Virus record (IMG/VR): IMGVR_UViG_3300029319_000021
Source: an uncultured virus (IMG/VR IMGVR_UViG_3300029319_000021)
Taxonomy: Duplodnaviria > Heunggongvirae > Uroviricota > Caudoviricetes
DNA length: 64,000 bases
Strand: one strand, 5' to 3'
Both the position numbers and the translations under genes were made by a program. Position 1 is the stretch's first letter. Each line of letters opens with the position of its first letter. The notes beneath the pieces were generated by a model. It was not told the DNA's origin and ran no database searches. It saw nothing but the letters and a program-made list of their open reading frames with translations. This document shows, piece by piece, positions 36,095-46,935 of this stretch.

Positions 36095-36743
36095 ATCGTA
36101 TTGTAACTTTAGTATTTTCCGTTTTAATTACGTTTTCATTTACATATTGAGAAGATCTAGAATAAATCATTTCATTTCTCATATCATTTAAGAATTGTTG
36201 TAGATATTCTATTTTTAAAAGATAGATTGATCTTTTCTTATCATTTTTCATTGTTTCATATTCATAGTTAGTAACAGATGCTACGGGATTCAATGTATTA
36301 TTGTATAAATCTGGATCTGGTATTGTAAATGTAGAATCTACTATTTTTCCTTTTGGTAAAATTAATTTACCGTTCAGATCTTTTACTTCTTTTGTTTCCC
36401 AATGATGTACATCAGTTAAGTAATCTCCGTAAATATCAAGAGAATAGTTATATAATTCTTTACTTGATAGTGGCCATTCATCTCTTATATTAATAATACC
36501 TGCAGTAATAATAACAACATAATCTAACTCAGGATCACCATAAAATTCTTCGGCAACATTATCAGGTCTTGCACCTTCTTTTATTTGGTACTTATTGAAT
36601 AATGTAAAAACATTTTGTAAGTCATCACGTATTTTAGATCTTCTGAAAAGATTTTTTACACGTATATAATCACCAGATGCATTACCATCCTTGGATACGA
36701 ATGATTGATAATCTAAATTTGGTAGTTCTCTAAAATATCCCAT
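36093..36743 (-). CDS. gp53: Baseplate wedge subunit
   Basis: YF..LP..Y, RPD.VA..FYG, EWP, HHWET motifs; synteny. Confidence 0.85.
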   Translation of the reverse strand: MGYFRELPNLDYQSFVSKDGNASGDYIRVKNLFRRSKIRDDLQNVFTLFNKYQIKEGARPDNVAEEFYGDPELDYVVIITAGIINIRDEWPLSSKELYNYSLDIYGDYLTDVHHWETKEVKDLNGKLILPKGKIVDSTFTIPDPDLYNNTLNPVASVTNYEYETMKNDKKRSIYLLKIEYLQQFLNDMRNEMIYSRSSQYVNENVIKTENTKVTIR

Positions 36744-36744
36744 T

Positions 36745-37698
36745 TTAATAACCTACTGTATTGTCTCTTGGTAATCCTGTATATTGATCATCATAATCAA
36801 TATCATAAATTGGTTCGAGTTCTTTGAATGTTAAGTCCATTATCATAGAGATAGGTGTTCCATCTTCATAAGTAGCATAATTACCTTCGCCAGTATAATT
36901 GACTGATACATCTTGTAAGAAGCATTGTTTAAATTTATTCAAGAATCTATGCTCTGTGCCTCCTTGCCTATACCTTAATTCAAATATATTTGGTGTTTTT
37001 AAAAATGCACGAGACTGTACAGTCTTAGGTGACATACCTTTTTTAAATGTTCTTATAATATTTTTAACTTGATTTGATTCATCTCTATTTCTTGGCATCA
37101 TTTTAAATGAAAACTTAAATGCTCTTAATGTCGGACCATTAAATAGAAGTTCCATATTTGGGTTAAATATTTCTCCTTGTTGTCTTGCTAATAACTGTTG
37201 TACTGTTATATTACCACCAAATAAACCTACTGCCTGACCTGCTAAGTAGTTGGTTATCAAATTTTGAGTATTTCCTAAGTCTAATCCAGATTGATTTAGA
37301 GCAGATGTCATAGATGTTTTAAAATTTTTTATTTGATCCTCCATATTCAAACCAGCTTTTGCTGCTCCTCTCATTATATTTGATGCACCAGCAGCAGCTG
37401 CTGCTGTAATGCTGTTCAGTTGATCGTCATTATATTGAACAGCATTACCATCTTGAATAGTTGATGGTATTGGTAATAGTATCGTACTGATAGGTCTCTT
37501 AGTACTATTTCTTCTAAATCTATCTCTAGGATCACTTGTGAGTGATATCGGGTTAAAAGCAGATGAAGAACCTATCTCACTATTATCATCAGTAGGACTT
37601 CCTCCTCCAAGAGACCTATACTCCTGCATATCTATTTGTAGATAATCAGTTTCTTCTGTAAATATTTTTAATGGATATCGAAGAACAGTTTGTGGCAT
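36745..37698 (-). CDS. gp48: Baseplate tail-tube cap
   Basis: LRYP, NPNMELLFNGPTLRAF.FSF, L.FKELEP motifs. Confidence 0.85.
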   Translation of the reverse strand: MPQTVLRYPLKIFTEETDYLQIDMQEYRSLGGGSPTDDNSEIGSSSAFNPISLTSDPRDRFRRNSTKRPISTILLPIPSTIQDGNAVQYNDDQLNSITAAAAAGASNIMRGAAKAGLNMEDQIKNFKTSMTSALNQSGLDLGNTQNLITNYLAGQAVGLFGGNITVQQLLARQQGEIFNPNMELLFNGPTLRAFKFSFKMMPRNRDESNQVKNIIRTFKKGMSPKTVQSRAFLKTPNIFELRYRQGGTEHRFLNKFKQCFLQDVSVNYTGEGNYATYEDGTPISMIMDLTFKELEPIYDIDYDDQYTGLPRDNTVGY

Positions 37699-37709
37699 TA
37701 TATTTCTTT

Positions 37710-38057
37710 TTATCTATTTATGAGAATTTTAGAGAAAGGTATTGCATCGAGGTCATTTAACTCATTATCATATACTTGATAGAGACCTCCTGCTACTTCA
37801 CTCCATGTATATTGACGAGGTTGACCCCAATGAAAATTGATTCCACGGAATCCCCATTCTAAAACTTCAGTGACGGCTACTAATGGATTTTGATCGTATG
37901 TAATGTTAGGTGTTTTTGGATTATAAACAAATACATAAAAATTACCTACTTCTGGAATTTTATCACCTTCACTTAGAACACTTATAATTTCAAACATTAA
38001 ATCATCAGCATCTTCAGTTCCAATTAAATTGTCTCTTACAGATCTAATACGACTCAT
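37710..38057 (-). CDS. gp2: DNA end protector-like protein (short)
   Basis: G.FY.FVY.PKT...YD..PLV...GF.GINFH pattern; adjacent to gp4. Confidence 0.6.
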   Translation of the reverse strand: MSRIRSVRDNLIGTEDADDLMFEIISVLSEGDKIPEVGNFYVFVYNPKTPNITYDQNPLVAVTEVLEWGFRGINFHWGQPRQYTWSEVAGGLYQVYDNELNDLDAIPFSKILINR

Positions 38058-38494
38058 TATTTTATACCTAATTCATTCTCTGTAAGTACTTTAAATTCCC
38101 ACTGTCTATCTTCACAGAATTCTTTTGCTGCTTCCCATTTTGCTTGATTTCTGGCATATTCACAAACTTGATATACATAACTCTTTGTTTTTCTTTTTTG
38201 AACTTTTGGTTCTACACATTGTTTTTGGGGTTTTATTTCAATTATCATTCTTTTAATCTTTCCTGTGCTTTCTCTTACCTTAATGTAGAAATCTGGAAAA
38301 TATCTATGATATCTATTATCAATAGGTGAACGATATGGAACTATGACTTCTTCACTTCCCCATTCTAATATATTCGCATTAGAATCACAGTATTTCATGA
38401 ATTTCAGTTCCCACGAAGAGCGATATATTATGTTTGTATAATCCCCTCGATACTTATTTGGAACCTTTGGTCTGAATTTTCCTTTGTAAGTCAT
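38057..38494 (-). CDS. gp4: Head completion nuclease
   Basis: YRSSWE, WGSEE..VPY, RYFPDF, IEIKP, NQAKW.AA. Confidence 0.92.
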   Translation of the reverse strand: MTYKGKFRPKVPNKYRGDYTNIIYRSSWELKFMKYCDSNANILEWGSEEVIVPYRSPIDNRYHRYFPDFYIKVRESTGKIKRMIIEIKPQKQCVEPKVQKRKTKSYVYQVCEYARNQAKWEAAKEFCEDRQWEFKVLTENELGIK

Positions 38495-38534
38495 CTAAAT
38501 AACTAATAATAAAAGAATCTTATAAGGTATTTAG
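38495..38534. promoter_or_regulatory. Pair of late promoters serving divergent genes
   Basis: CTAAATA on + at 38495-38501 and on - at 38528-38534. Confidence 0.6.
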
Positions 38535-38535
38535 A

Positions 38536-39354
38536 GTGGCTAATAGGCTTGTACAAAGTATTACGATGAATCAAGTGCAAGATCTGGTTGGTAAAGTTTC
38601 ACAATCCAATCAGTATCTTGTAAGTTTTTCTTCATTAAAACCTGAAATATTACAATATTTGGGTGGATATCTTGGAATAAACAATCCAGGTAATTTTCTA
38701 TCAAGAAAGAGTGGTCTTCTTTGTTCTGAGGCAGTATTGCCAACTACATCATATGCGACTGGTGAAGTGAAAGATAATTTTATGGGAGTACCTCAAGAGT
38801 TTGCACATACTCGTTTATATACTGATATTGATTTTACTTTTTATGTTGATACTGATTATACTAATCTAAGAATTTTCGAAGGTTGGATGGATTTTATTTC
38901 AAGTGGATCTCATAGTCAAATTAATGAGTTACGTGATAATTATTATAAGAGATACAGATATCCTGATGATTATAAAGTTCAGACAATGTTTATATCTAAG
39001 TTTGAGAAAGATATTACAACTCAAATAGATTATCAATTTATCAATGCTTTTCCGAAGACTATGACTTCTATTCCAGTGTCATATGGGGACGCTGATTTAT
39101 TAAAAGTTAGTGTTACTTTCAATTATGATCGTTATATTGTGAATCCTAGAGGAAGTTATATTAATTCTCCTGTAAGTGATTTTGATGATATACCACGTAC
39201 TTTCCTTGATACTAGGTTTAATAGATCCTCTTCACCCTCTTCGCAGAGTTTATTTAATAATACTGTTGTTAATAATGATGATGATGTCTTTGCTGGATTT
39301 GAACGAGGAGAAACCGATCCAAATACACTCACGTATGAGAGTTTTAACCCTTAA
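38536..39354 (+). CDS. gp54: Baseplate tail-tube initiator (gp19/gp54 fold)
   Basis: LLCSEAVLP, FTFYVD..Y...FEGWMDFI, NAFP..M.S, V.V.F.Y; synteny. Confidence 0.7.
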   Translation: MANRLVQSITMNQVQDLVGKVSQSNQYLVSFSSLKPEILQYLGGYLGINNPGNFLSRKSGLLCSEAVLPTTSYATGEVKDNFMGVPQEFAHTRLYTDIDFTFYVDTDYTNLRIFEGWMDFISSGSHSQINELRDNYYKRYRYPDDYKVQTMFISKFEKDITTQIDYQFINAFPKTMTSIPVSYGDADLLKVSVTFNYDRYIVNPRGSYINSPVSDFDDIPRTFLDTRFNRSSSPSSQSLFNNTVVNNDDDVFAGFERGETDPNTLTYESFNP

Positions 39355-39392
39355 AGAAACTTACTATATAATATACAAATTAATAATATATT

Positions 39393-40118
39393 ATGCCTTT
39401 ACCAAAAATTAATACCCCAACATTTGAGTTGGTATTACCTTCTAATGGAAAAAAGATTAAATATCGTCCTTTTCTAGTAAGAGAAGAAAAGATATTAGTC
39501 ATGGCCATGGAATCTGATGATATGAAGCAGATTACTTCTGCCATTATTGATATATTGAATAATTGCATTCTCACCAGAGGTATTAAGATTGAAAAACTTT
39601 CTACTTTTGATATTGAATATTTGTTCCTAAATGTACGTTCTAAATCAGTTGGTGAAACTGTGGAAGTAAATGTGACGTGTCCTGATGATGGAGAGACACA
39701 AGTTCAGATGGAAATTGACATTGATTCTATCAAAGTTCAAAAAAATAAAGATCATACAAATATTATCAAACTTGATGATAATCTTTCAATGAAATTAAAA
39801 TATCCATCTATGAATGAGTTCATTGAAAATAATTTTGATGCATCTGATACTAGTAGAAGTGAAGTTTCTCAGTCATTAGATATGATTACTTCTTGTATTG
39901 ATATGATATACAATGAGGAAGAAAGTTGGAGTTCTAATGATTCTACTAAGAAAGAATTATCAGAATTTATTGAACAGTTGAATACAAAACAATTTAAGGA
40001 TGTAGAGAAATTCTTTACAACAATGCCCAAACTTTCTCATACAGTTAAGGTAAAGAATCCTAAGACTGGTGTTGAAAATAAAGTCGTATTGGAGGGATTA
40101 GCAAGTTTTTTCAGTTAA
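39393..40118 (+). CDS. gp26: Baseplate hub subunit
   Basis: MPLPKI..P.F.L.LPS, YRPFLVREEK, FDIEYLFL.VRSKSVGE, EGLASFF. Confidence 0.92.
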   Translation: MPLPKINTPTFELVLPSNGKKIKYRPFLVREEKILVMAMESDDMKQITSAIIDILNNCILTRGIKIEKLSTFDIEYLFLNVRSKSVGETVEVNVTCPDDGETQVQMEIDIDSIKVQKNKDHTNIIKLDDNLSMKLKYPSMNEFIENNFDASDTSRSEVSQSLDMITSCIDMIYNEEESWSSNDSTKKELSEFIEQLNTKQFKDVEKFFTTMPKLSHTVKVKNPKTGVENKVVLEGLASFFS

Positions 40119-40120
40119 GT

Positions 40121-40300
40121 ATGGCTCATACAGATCTTGAGTCATACTATAAATTAAACTTTGCCCTGATGCAACACCATAAATACTCATTAACAGAGCT
40201 CGAAAACATGATTCCTTGGGAACGAGAAGTTTATATTTCTCTACTCAAACAATATATTGAAGAGGAAAATCTAAAACAACAGCAACAACAAAGTGGCTAA
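40121..40300 (+). CDS. gp51: Baseplate hub assembly catalyst (59 aa), not in ORF track
   Basis: YYKLNFALMQHHKYSLTELENMIPWEREVY motif, read manually after gp26. Confidence 0.88.
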   Translation: MAHTDLESYYKLNFALMQHHKYSLTELENMIPWEREVYISLLKQYIEEENLKQQQQQSG

Positions 40301-41573
40301 CGTAACAAGTTCAGGAAATACAACTATTAAACCCACAATAAATACTGCAAAATTTATGGGTTCATCTTATGCAGCTGGAAGTTCTTTAGAGAATAAGTTT
40401 GCAAATATTTATTCATCACTCAGCACTCTTGCAATAAAAATAAAGAAAAATTTTGATAATATAAATTTACTTACAGAAACTATACAAAATGCAAGTTTAC
40501 ATTCTCATACTGACAATGATGATAGTGATGGGGATAATAAAGATAATATAAGTAATGATGATAATTCAAAATTAGATGAAATAAATAGCATTCTTTTGGA
40601 TATTGGTGATGTAATATCATTAGATTTTGCGAATCGTATTGCAGAGAATAAAGAAGATATTAGTGATACACGAAAAGAAAAATCTAAAGGAAAATTTGAA
40701 AGAGCAGAAAGTGGAATAGAGAAACAAAAACAAAGAAAAGTAGGAAATATATTTACAAAAACAGCATCTAAGGCTGCTTCTCCTATTTCAGGTATTTTTG
40801 GTAAATTACTAGCATTAGGTGGAATACTAGGTACTGGAATAATGGCTAATGCTGCATTTGATTGGTTGAGAAATAAAGAAAATCAAGAAAAAATGTCAAC
40901 ATTTTTTAAAATAGTTAAAAAAAATTGGAAATGGATGTTAGGCACTGCTGGAATCTTAATAGGAGCAGCAATAGTTTTAAAGACTATTGCAGCAATAACA
41001 GTTATAGGAGGTGTTTTAGCAGCAATATCTAATCCTGTATTTCTTGGAATATTAGCTATTGCTGCTTCTGGAATGGGAGTAAAATGGATGTTAGATAGGA
41101 TTAATGACTATTATGCTGATGACCCTACAGGAAAGAAAAATTTTGTCGGTAATCCAATACCAGGTGCTCCAAAGGATGCTCTGCCAGGAGATTTCTGGAC
41201 AGATAAAAAAGGACAAACATGGGTAAAACAACCTTATGATTCCTCTAATGGTGGATGGAATAAAACTAATGACACACCTGAAGAAATATTAGAAACACAA
41301 ACTAAAGCATTTAAAGCTGGTTTTATTAAAAGGATTGGAATTAATTTAAATAAACCCACCATCACAAGTTCACAAAGACAAGATTTATCATATCTTAACA
41401 ATGATAAAAAGAGGATAAGTTTTGTAAATCTTGATCTACCGCCAAATTATAAAAACGAAAATAATTTAATAGATTCGTCTTCTGTGGCAACTGAGGTCGC
41501 TCACATTTCTGCAAAAAATCTGAGTGATCCTTATATACAATTAAGTCCAGAATACTACGGAATACACGTATAA
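40293..41573 (+). CDS. Putative tail/baseplate hub-associated protein with hydrophobic helices
   Basis: Follows gp51; coiled coil plus hydrophobic segments; GTG start. Confidence 0.55.
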   Translation: MANVTSSGNTTIKPTINTAKFMGSSYAAGSSLENKFANIYSSLSTLAIKIKKNFDNINLLTETIQNASLHSHTDNDDSDGDNKDNISNDDNSKLDEINSILLDIGDVISLDFANRIAENKEDISDTRKEKSKGKFERAESGIEKQKQRKVGNIFTKTASKAASPISGIFGKLLALGGILGTGIMANAAFDWLRNKENQEKMSTFFKIVKKNWKWMLGTAGILIGAAIVLKTIAAITVIGGVLAAISNPVFLGILAIAASGMGVKWMLDRINDYYADDPTGKKNFVGNPIPGAPKDALPGDFWTDKKGQTWVKQPYDSSNGGWNKTNDTPEEILETQTKAFKAGFIKRIGINLNKPTITSSQRQDLSYLNNDKKRISFVNLDLPPNYKNENNLIDSSSVATEVAHISAKNLSDPYIQLSPEYYGIHV

Positions 41574-41576
41574 GAT

Positions 41577-42818
41577 ATGGCAATTATTTCAGGAGTAGTA
41601 TTAGGAATAGGAAAAGTAGTATCGGGTGTAGTAACAGGAACTGCAAAAGGACTTGCTGTTGCTGGAAAAGCAACGGCAAAAGGAATATCTGCAACTGGAA
41701 AAGTAGTAGGAAAAGCAGCAAGTGCTACTGGAAAAGCAGCACGTGCTAGTGCAAGAGCAATAGGAAAAGCAACACGTTCTACTGCTAAAGGACTTCAAAA
41801 AGCAGTAAAATCCACTAAGAGAAGTATGTCAAAGTTTAGAAAATTTAGAAAACGAATATCTAAGAGAAAGACTGGTGCTGAAAAATTAAAAAGGAATGCT
41901 AATAAAATTAAATCTGAGCTTACTAAAAATATTAAAAAAATAAAGAAACAACGTCTTGATCGGGAACGAATACAAAAGAATGTTCTTGAAAGAAAAGAAA
42001 TAAGAAATATGGAGAAAAATATAAATTCTCCTAAAACTTCAACAGGAAAAAAAGTACAATCTATATTAAAAAGTCCTATGATTATCATTGATAAAATATT
42101 CGGACTTGGTGGTATATTATTAACTGGTATAATAGTAAATGCTATAGATGAAATATTTAAAAAGTTTAAAGAATTTAAAGAAACTTATAAAGAAGTATTT
42201 AATTTTCTTGGTAATATAGTAGAGGGAATTGGTAATTTTTTAGGGAGTGTAAAAATTAGTAAATTAGAAAAAGAAGGATTGAAAATGGATGAATTGGCTG
42301 TATTTAATGAAGAAGGAGATCTTATAGGTGGAAAACTTGTAGCAGTAAAGAAAACCACTGAGGGATTTTACCATACAATAAAATCGATAAAAGATTCAAT
42401 GGGTATTTACTCACAGGAAGAAGTTAAAAGGGAAACTTCTAAGAAATTAGAAAAGTATGGATTTGATCCTGAAAAGTATGAACTGGGTGATTCAAAAAGA
42501 CAAGAAAACAATCCATGGTGGCAATGGTGGGATTTTATGGATGTAGTTCCCAATCCATATAAAGCACCTATGAAATTGAAGAAAATAAATTCAGAACAAT
42601 CTTCTGATAGTAGTTTTAATGAGTCAATAACACCAATAAACAATAATAATAGTAATAATTTAGATTTAAGTTTTAATACTGATAATGAAAATATTACAAT
42701 TGTTTTAGCACATCAAACAGAAATAGAATATGTCATGACACCTTACAGTGATAAATCTTTTAAGGAAGGGTTAAAAAATAACTCAAAACCAGAATTATCA
42801 AAGTTATGGACGACGTAA
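41577..42818 (+). CDS. Putative tail-associated protein with Ala/Lys-rich periodic N-terminus
   Basis: GKATAKG-type repeats, highly basic stretch, one hydrophobic helix. Confidence 0.55.
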   Translation: MAIISGVVLGIGKVVSGVVTGTAKGLAVAGKATAKGISATGKVVGKAASATGKAARASARAIGKATRSTAKGLQKAVKSTKRSMSKFRKFRKRISKRKTGAEKLKRNANKIKSELTKNIKKIKKQRLDRERIQKNVLERKEIRNMEKNINSPKTSTGKKVQSILKSPMIIIDKIFGLGGILLTGIIVNAIDEIFKKFKEFKETYKEVFNFLGNIVEGIGNFLGSVKISKLEKEGLKMDELAVFNEEGDLIGGKLVAVKKTTEGFYHTIKSIKDSMGIYSQEEVKRETSKKLEKYGFDPEKYELGDSKRQENNPWWQWWDFMDVVPNPYKAPMKLKKINSEQSSDSSFNESITPINNNNSNNLDLSFNTDNENITIVLAHQTEIEYVMTPYSDKSFKEGLKNNSKPELSKLWTT

Positions 42819-42823
42819 GATAA

Positions 42824-44110
42824 ATGTCAAAAGCAGCACAAGCATCAATTTATGAACTTCTCACCATCGATAAGGATGGTAAAGAAGTAAATATTCAAGG
42901 AAAAACAACTAGTTTTTCTTATTATGAAAGTGTATTGTCTCCTAATATAACAGCATCACTTACATTTATTGATACTGGTGGTTCGATAGCATATGATAGT
43001 AATTATGATAAACAAGAAAGATTAGGTTCAATATATAATGCACTTCCTATTACGAGTGGTGAGAAAGTTAAGTTTAAAATAAGAAATAGTAATTCAGGTG
43101 CTCTTGATTTTGAAAGAAACCCACTTATTATTAATAGTGCATCAAATTTAAGTCAAACTTCTCAACAAAATTCAATTCTTATTAATTTAATATCTCAATC
43201 ATCACTTACAAATCAAAATTCTACAGTATATAAAAAATATAGTGGAAATATTGGAAATACTGTCGGAAACATTATAAAAGAATATTTTGATGTAGAACAA
43301 AATAAAGTAAGAATTGATGATACTAGTAATGATTATTCTTTTATTGGCAACAGCTATCCTCCTTTTGAATTAATAATGTGGTTGGCAGCAAAGTCTGTGC
43401 CATCTGAAGGTAATGCTGGATTCTTTTTTTATGAAACAAGAACAGGATTTAATTTTAGATCGATTGATTCTTTAATTTCTCAACAACCAGTAGCAACTTA
43501 TTATAGATCAGATGCATTCGCAGCCAATCAAGATAATAACGTTAATGATTTTAAGATTCAATCTTTTTTTATTAGTAAGAATCAAAATTTTCTTAATTCT
43601 TTAAAAACTGGTGTTTTAAATTCACGTAACATCTATTTTAATCCTAAAACATTTGAAGAAATTGAAGAACCATTTCAATTTACTGAATTAGTAAAATCCT
43701 TAGGTAAGGATACAGAAGAACCTAATGTAGACACCAATATCAATACAGGAAAATTTACTAGAACTCATTTTGATATTTTAGATATTGGAACACATAGTCC
43801 TGAAATTGATGGTTCTGATAATAATGATCCAACTCAATGGCAAGCACAATCTACAATGAGGTATAATATATTATTCAGTCAAGTGGTAAATATGCAAGTT
43901 CCTTGCAATATTAATTTGAGAGCTGGCGATACTATTAACTGTAATTTTGAAATTGTTACACAAGATAGTAAAGAGCAAGGATCTGATGATCCAGTACAAA
44001 GTGGAAAATACTTGATTATTGATTTATGTCATCATTTTAATCCTACCAAATCTATGACTTCAATGACTTTGGTTCGTGATTCTTATGGTCTATACTCTAA
44101 AAACAGCTAA
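42824..44110 (+). CDS. Baseplate hub protein (gp27-like position)
   Basis: YYESVLSP, GFFFYET..GFNFRSID, SGKYLI..LCH motifs; directly upstream of gp5. Confidence 0.65.
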   Translation: MSKAAQASIYELLTIDKDGKEVNIQGKTTSFSYYESVLSPNITASLTFIDTGGSIAYDSNYDKQERLGSIYNALPITSGEKVKFKIRNSNSGALDFERNPLIINSASNLSQTSQQNSILINLISQSSLTNQNSTVYKKYSGNIGNTVGNIIKEYFDVEQNKVRIDDTSNDYSFIGNSYPPFELIMWLAAKSVPSEGNAGFFFYETRTGFNFRSIDSLISQQPVATYYRSDAFAANQDNNVNDFKIQSFFISKNQNFLNSLKTGVLNSRNIYFNPKTFEEIEEPFQFTELVKSLGKDTEEPNVDTNINTGKFTRTHFDILDIGTHSPEIDGSDNNDPTQWQAQSTMRYNILFSQVVNMQVPCNINLRAGDTINCNFEIVTQDSKEQGSDDPVQSGKYLIIDLCHHFNPTKSMTSMTLVRDSYGLYSKNS

Positions 44111-44676
44111 TGAAAAATAATTTAGGAACAATCGGTAATAATTATAAATGGTTCTTGGCACAAGTTGCCACGGATCAAAATGAAATTGTTAAAGAAGGTG
44201 AATGGCCTGATATGCATGGAGATCGTGTAAAAATAAGAATAACTGGAAAACATCCAAAAAGTAGTGAAGCTCTTTCTGATGATAATTTACCATGGGCAAT
44301 TGTTGCTAAATCAACTTTACATGGATCTAAAAATTATGTATCCAGTGGTATATGGGGTGGTGAATGGGTGATAGGATTCTTTTTGGATGAGGGAGAACAA
44401 CAACCTGTTATTACTCATGTTCTTAATAATAATTTACCAGATTATGAGGTAAATAAATCAGATAGTTTTAAAAGAGTAAACAGATATAATTCTGGTATGA
44501 AACCAGGTAAACATCAAGTTACAACAGGAGGTCCACCAGGAGAACAAACAGAAATTAATAAAGAGGATTTTTTAAATCTGGAAGTTAAGGTTCCTACTAC
44601 TAGTAGAGACATTATACCGACTCCTGATATCGATGAATCAGCAGGTACAACTATCAACCTTAATCCTGCTCTATAA
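44110..44676 (+). CDS. gp5: gp5 N-terminal OB-fold domain protein
   Basis: WFLAQV, RVKIRI.G.H, LPWA, GEWVIGFFLD..QQPVI. Confidence 0.75.
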   Translation: MKNNLGTIGNNYKWFLAQVATDQNEIVKEGEWPDMHGDRVKIRITGKHPKSSEALSDDNLPWAIVAKSTLHGSKNYVSSGIWGGEWVIGFFLDEGEQQPVITHVLNNNLPDYEVNKSDSFKRVNRYNSGMKPGKHQVTTGGPPGEQTEINKEDFLNLEVKVPTTSRDIIPTPDIDESAGTTINLNPAL

Positions 44677-44679
44677 ATA
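44672..44679 (+). promoter_or_regulatory. T4-type late promoter
   Basis: TATAAATA overlapping the stop of the gp5 OB-fold ORF. Confidence 0.65.
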
Positions 44680-44700
44680 ACCGTATACAATTGTAATATA

Positions 44701-46326
44701 ATGTCAACAATAAACACATTAAAAAGTATTAAAAAAGAAGTTGAGAGAAGTCAACTATATGGAAATTCTCAACAAATTGTAAAATCAACAATATTTGCTG
44801 ACGCACTAGTAAATACTGGAGATCCTTGTGGTAAAAGTGAGTTGGGTAAAATTAGTGGTGCACTACGAAATTTATTCAAACAGTTAAAGTTGATTAGAAA
44901 ATATGGTCAGATGTATGTGAATGAAGTATTATCTGATTTAAGTAATATAAGAAGTTTAATTAAGGATGCTTCAAGTATTATTGCTGCTGCTCTCAGAACA
45001 ATTGTTCAAAGATTACGTAATTTTATAATAGATAAAATTAGAGGTGTAGTTCAGGCAATAGTTGATAAAATTTTTACTACACTTGCAAATACTATAAAAG
45101 GAACTATAGTTCAGAAAATCATAAATCAAATTTTATGCACATTTACTAATATATTAGATGGACTTGTTGATTTTGTATCAAATTTCTTAAGTGAGTTAGT
45201 AGGTAAAGTAATAAATATTCCTCTTTGTGCAGCACAACAATTTGCAAATGCATTAATTAATAATTTAGCAGCAAGTATTGATAAAGCATTGGCTCCAATT
45301 TTAGATGGAATAGGTGATCTTATGGGTGGAATCGGTAAAGTTGCAGGTTCAGTTTTTTCTGCTATTGATAAAATTCTTGCATTTGAGTCATTTTTATGTC
45401 TAGAACCAGACTGTCCAGACGTTAACGAGATTAATCTAAATCCTTCAAAGACCACACCATTTGAAACTGCTAAAGATAATTTTGAAAGTTTTATAGAAGT
45501 ACCATCATCTTCCGATGTAGAAGATTCTATTGGTCAATGGATTGATGGATTTTCAATTTTTGGAGAAAAAATATCAGATAGTCCAGATAGTGGACTTGCT
45601 TGCGATACGGATCCATTTAAATGTGGTCCTCCAACCATTGAAATTTTTGGTGGTGGTGGAATAGGAGCTGCAGGAAGTGCTATTGTTGATCATTTAGGAC
45701 ATTTAATTGGAATTAATTTAGATAATGGTGGATCAGGATACACTACTCCACCATTTGTTGCTATTATTGATGCTTGTGATCATGGACAAGGTGCTTCTGC
45801 ATATTCTGAAATTAATAATGAAGGAGTCGTAGTACGAATTATTATAGTTAATACTGGTGATGGTTATGATAATCAACCTACTGGTGGCACTGAATTTGAT
45901 GATGTTGACACTGACACTGACACTGATGTTGTTAGTGGTATAATATCAGATTATAATATATGTCTGGATGGTTTTGAAATTATTTCAACAGGAATTGGGT
46001 ATTCTCCCACTGATGAAATAACTATTACACCTGATATACCTAATTTAGAGGTGAGTGTGAGTATGAATGATCAAGGGCAGATTATTGAAATGCAAATTTT
46101 AGATAGTGTTTGTGGTATAACTGAGATGCCAGATATTGATATAAATAGTTTGACTGGAGCAGGAATAGAAGTTAGACCAATACTATCATTCAATAGAATT
46201 ATAGATGATTCTCCTCAAGAAGTTTCTGATAGAGTTGTTGAGGTTCCTATTGGTACTGATGAAGATACAATTAGAAATCTTGCTCAACAGCAAAATATAG
46301 TCCGTGTCATTGATTGTGTGTCTTAA
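44701..46326 (+). CDS. Baseplate hub / gp5-associated protein (helical N-half, GSGY modules)
   Basis: CGPP...GGGG.GA, GSGYTTPPFV, C-terminal VIDCV. Confidence 0.65.
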   Translation: MSTINTLKSIKKEVERSQLYGNSQQIVKSTIFADALVNTGDPCGKSELGKISGALRNLFKQLKLIRKYGQMYVNEVLSDLSNIRSLIKDASSIIAAALRTIVQRLRNFIIDKIRGVVQAIVDKIFTTLANTIKGTIVQKIINQILCTFTNILDGLVDFVSNFLSELVGKVINIPLCAAQQFANALINNLAASIDKALAPILDGIGDLMGGIGKVAGSVFSAIDKILAFESFLCLEPDCPDVNEINLNPSKTTPFETAKDNFESFIEVPSSSDVEDSIGQWIDGFSIFGEKISDSPDSGLACDTDPFKCGPPTIEIFGGGGIGAAGSAIVDHLGHLIGINLDNGGSGYTTPPFVAIIDACDHGQGASAYSEINNEGVVVRIIIVNTGDGYDNQPTGGTEFDDVDTDTDTDVVSGIISDYNICLDGFEIISTGIGYSPTDEITITPDIPNLEVSVSMNDQGQIIEMQILDSVCGITEMPDIDINSLTGAGIEVRPILSFNRIIDDSPQEVSDRVVEVPIGTDEDTIRNLAQQQNIVRVIDCVS

Positions 46327-46329
46327 ATT

Positions 46330-46935
46330 ATGAGTAAAGTTTTTCAACCAGAACATGTAGTAACTGATAATCCTCATGGAGGTATGATTTATGGTCCCAT
46401 AAACGATGAAAATAATGATGATGGGACTAGATATGTACAAACAGTTGAAGGTGGACATACCATTTTAGTAAATAAGAATGGTAATAAACTAGATCATACT
46501 CCTGGTACACATAATGAACTTTGTGGTACAGATCTTGTAAAAGGTAAAAATACAGACGCTCCAGACGAGGCAGTAGCAAAGGCAATAGTTGCTAGAAAGG
46601 GAGATATAGTTATAGTTGCAGAGCATGGAAATATAAAGTTAAAGGCACAAAATATTTGGGTTGAAACGGGTGGAACTGAAAATAAAGGTAATTTTTTAGT
46701 AAAATCCAATGGACACATTGCAATGACTGCTGGTGAGAAAGTAACTTTTGCTGGAACAAAACTTTGTATGATAGGTAAGGATCAAATTACTTTAAGTTCA
46801 AAAGGTAGTATAGATTTATTTTGTAGTGATTTAAACAAATCTTCTCCATTGGCAGGTATTTTTAGTATTTTTACAAATATGAGTCTAGCAAATTTATTGA
46901 AATTAGTTGATTCAGAGTGTGGGAGACAATTATGA
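46330..46935 (+). CDS. gp5 C-terminal beta-helix-like spike protein
   Basis: Short beta repeats (GDIVIVAEHGNIKLKAQNI); synteny. Confidence 0.55.
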   Translation: MSKVFQPEHVVTDNPHGGMIYGPINDENNDDGTRYVQTVEGGHTILVNKNGNKLDHTPGTHNELCGTDLVKGKNTDAPDEAVAKAIVARKGDIVIVAEHGNIKLKAQNIWVETGGTENKGNFLVKSNGHIAMTAGEKVTFAGTKLCMIGKDQITLSSKGSIDLFCSDLNKSSPLAGIFSIFTNMSLANLLKLVDSECGRQL

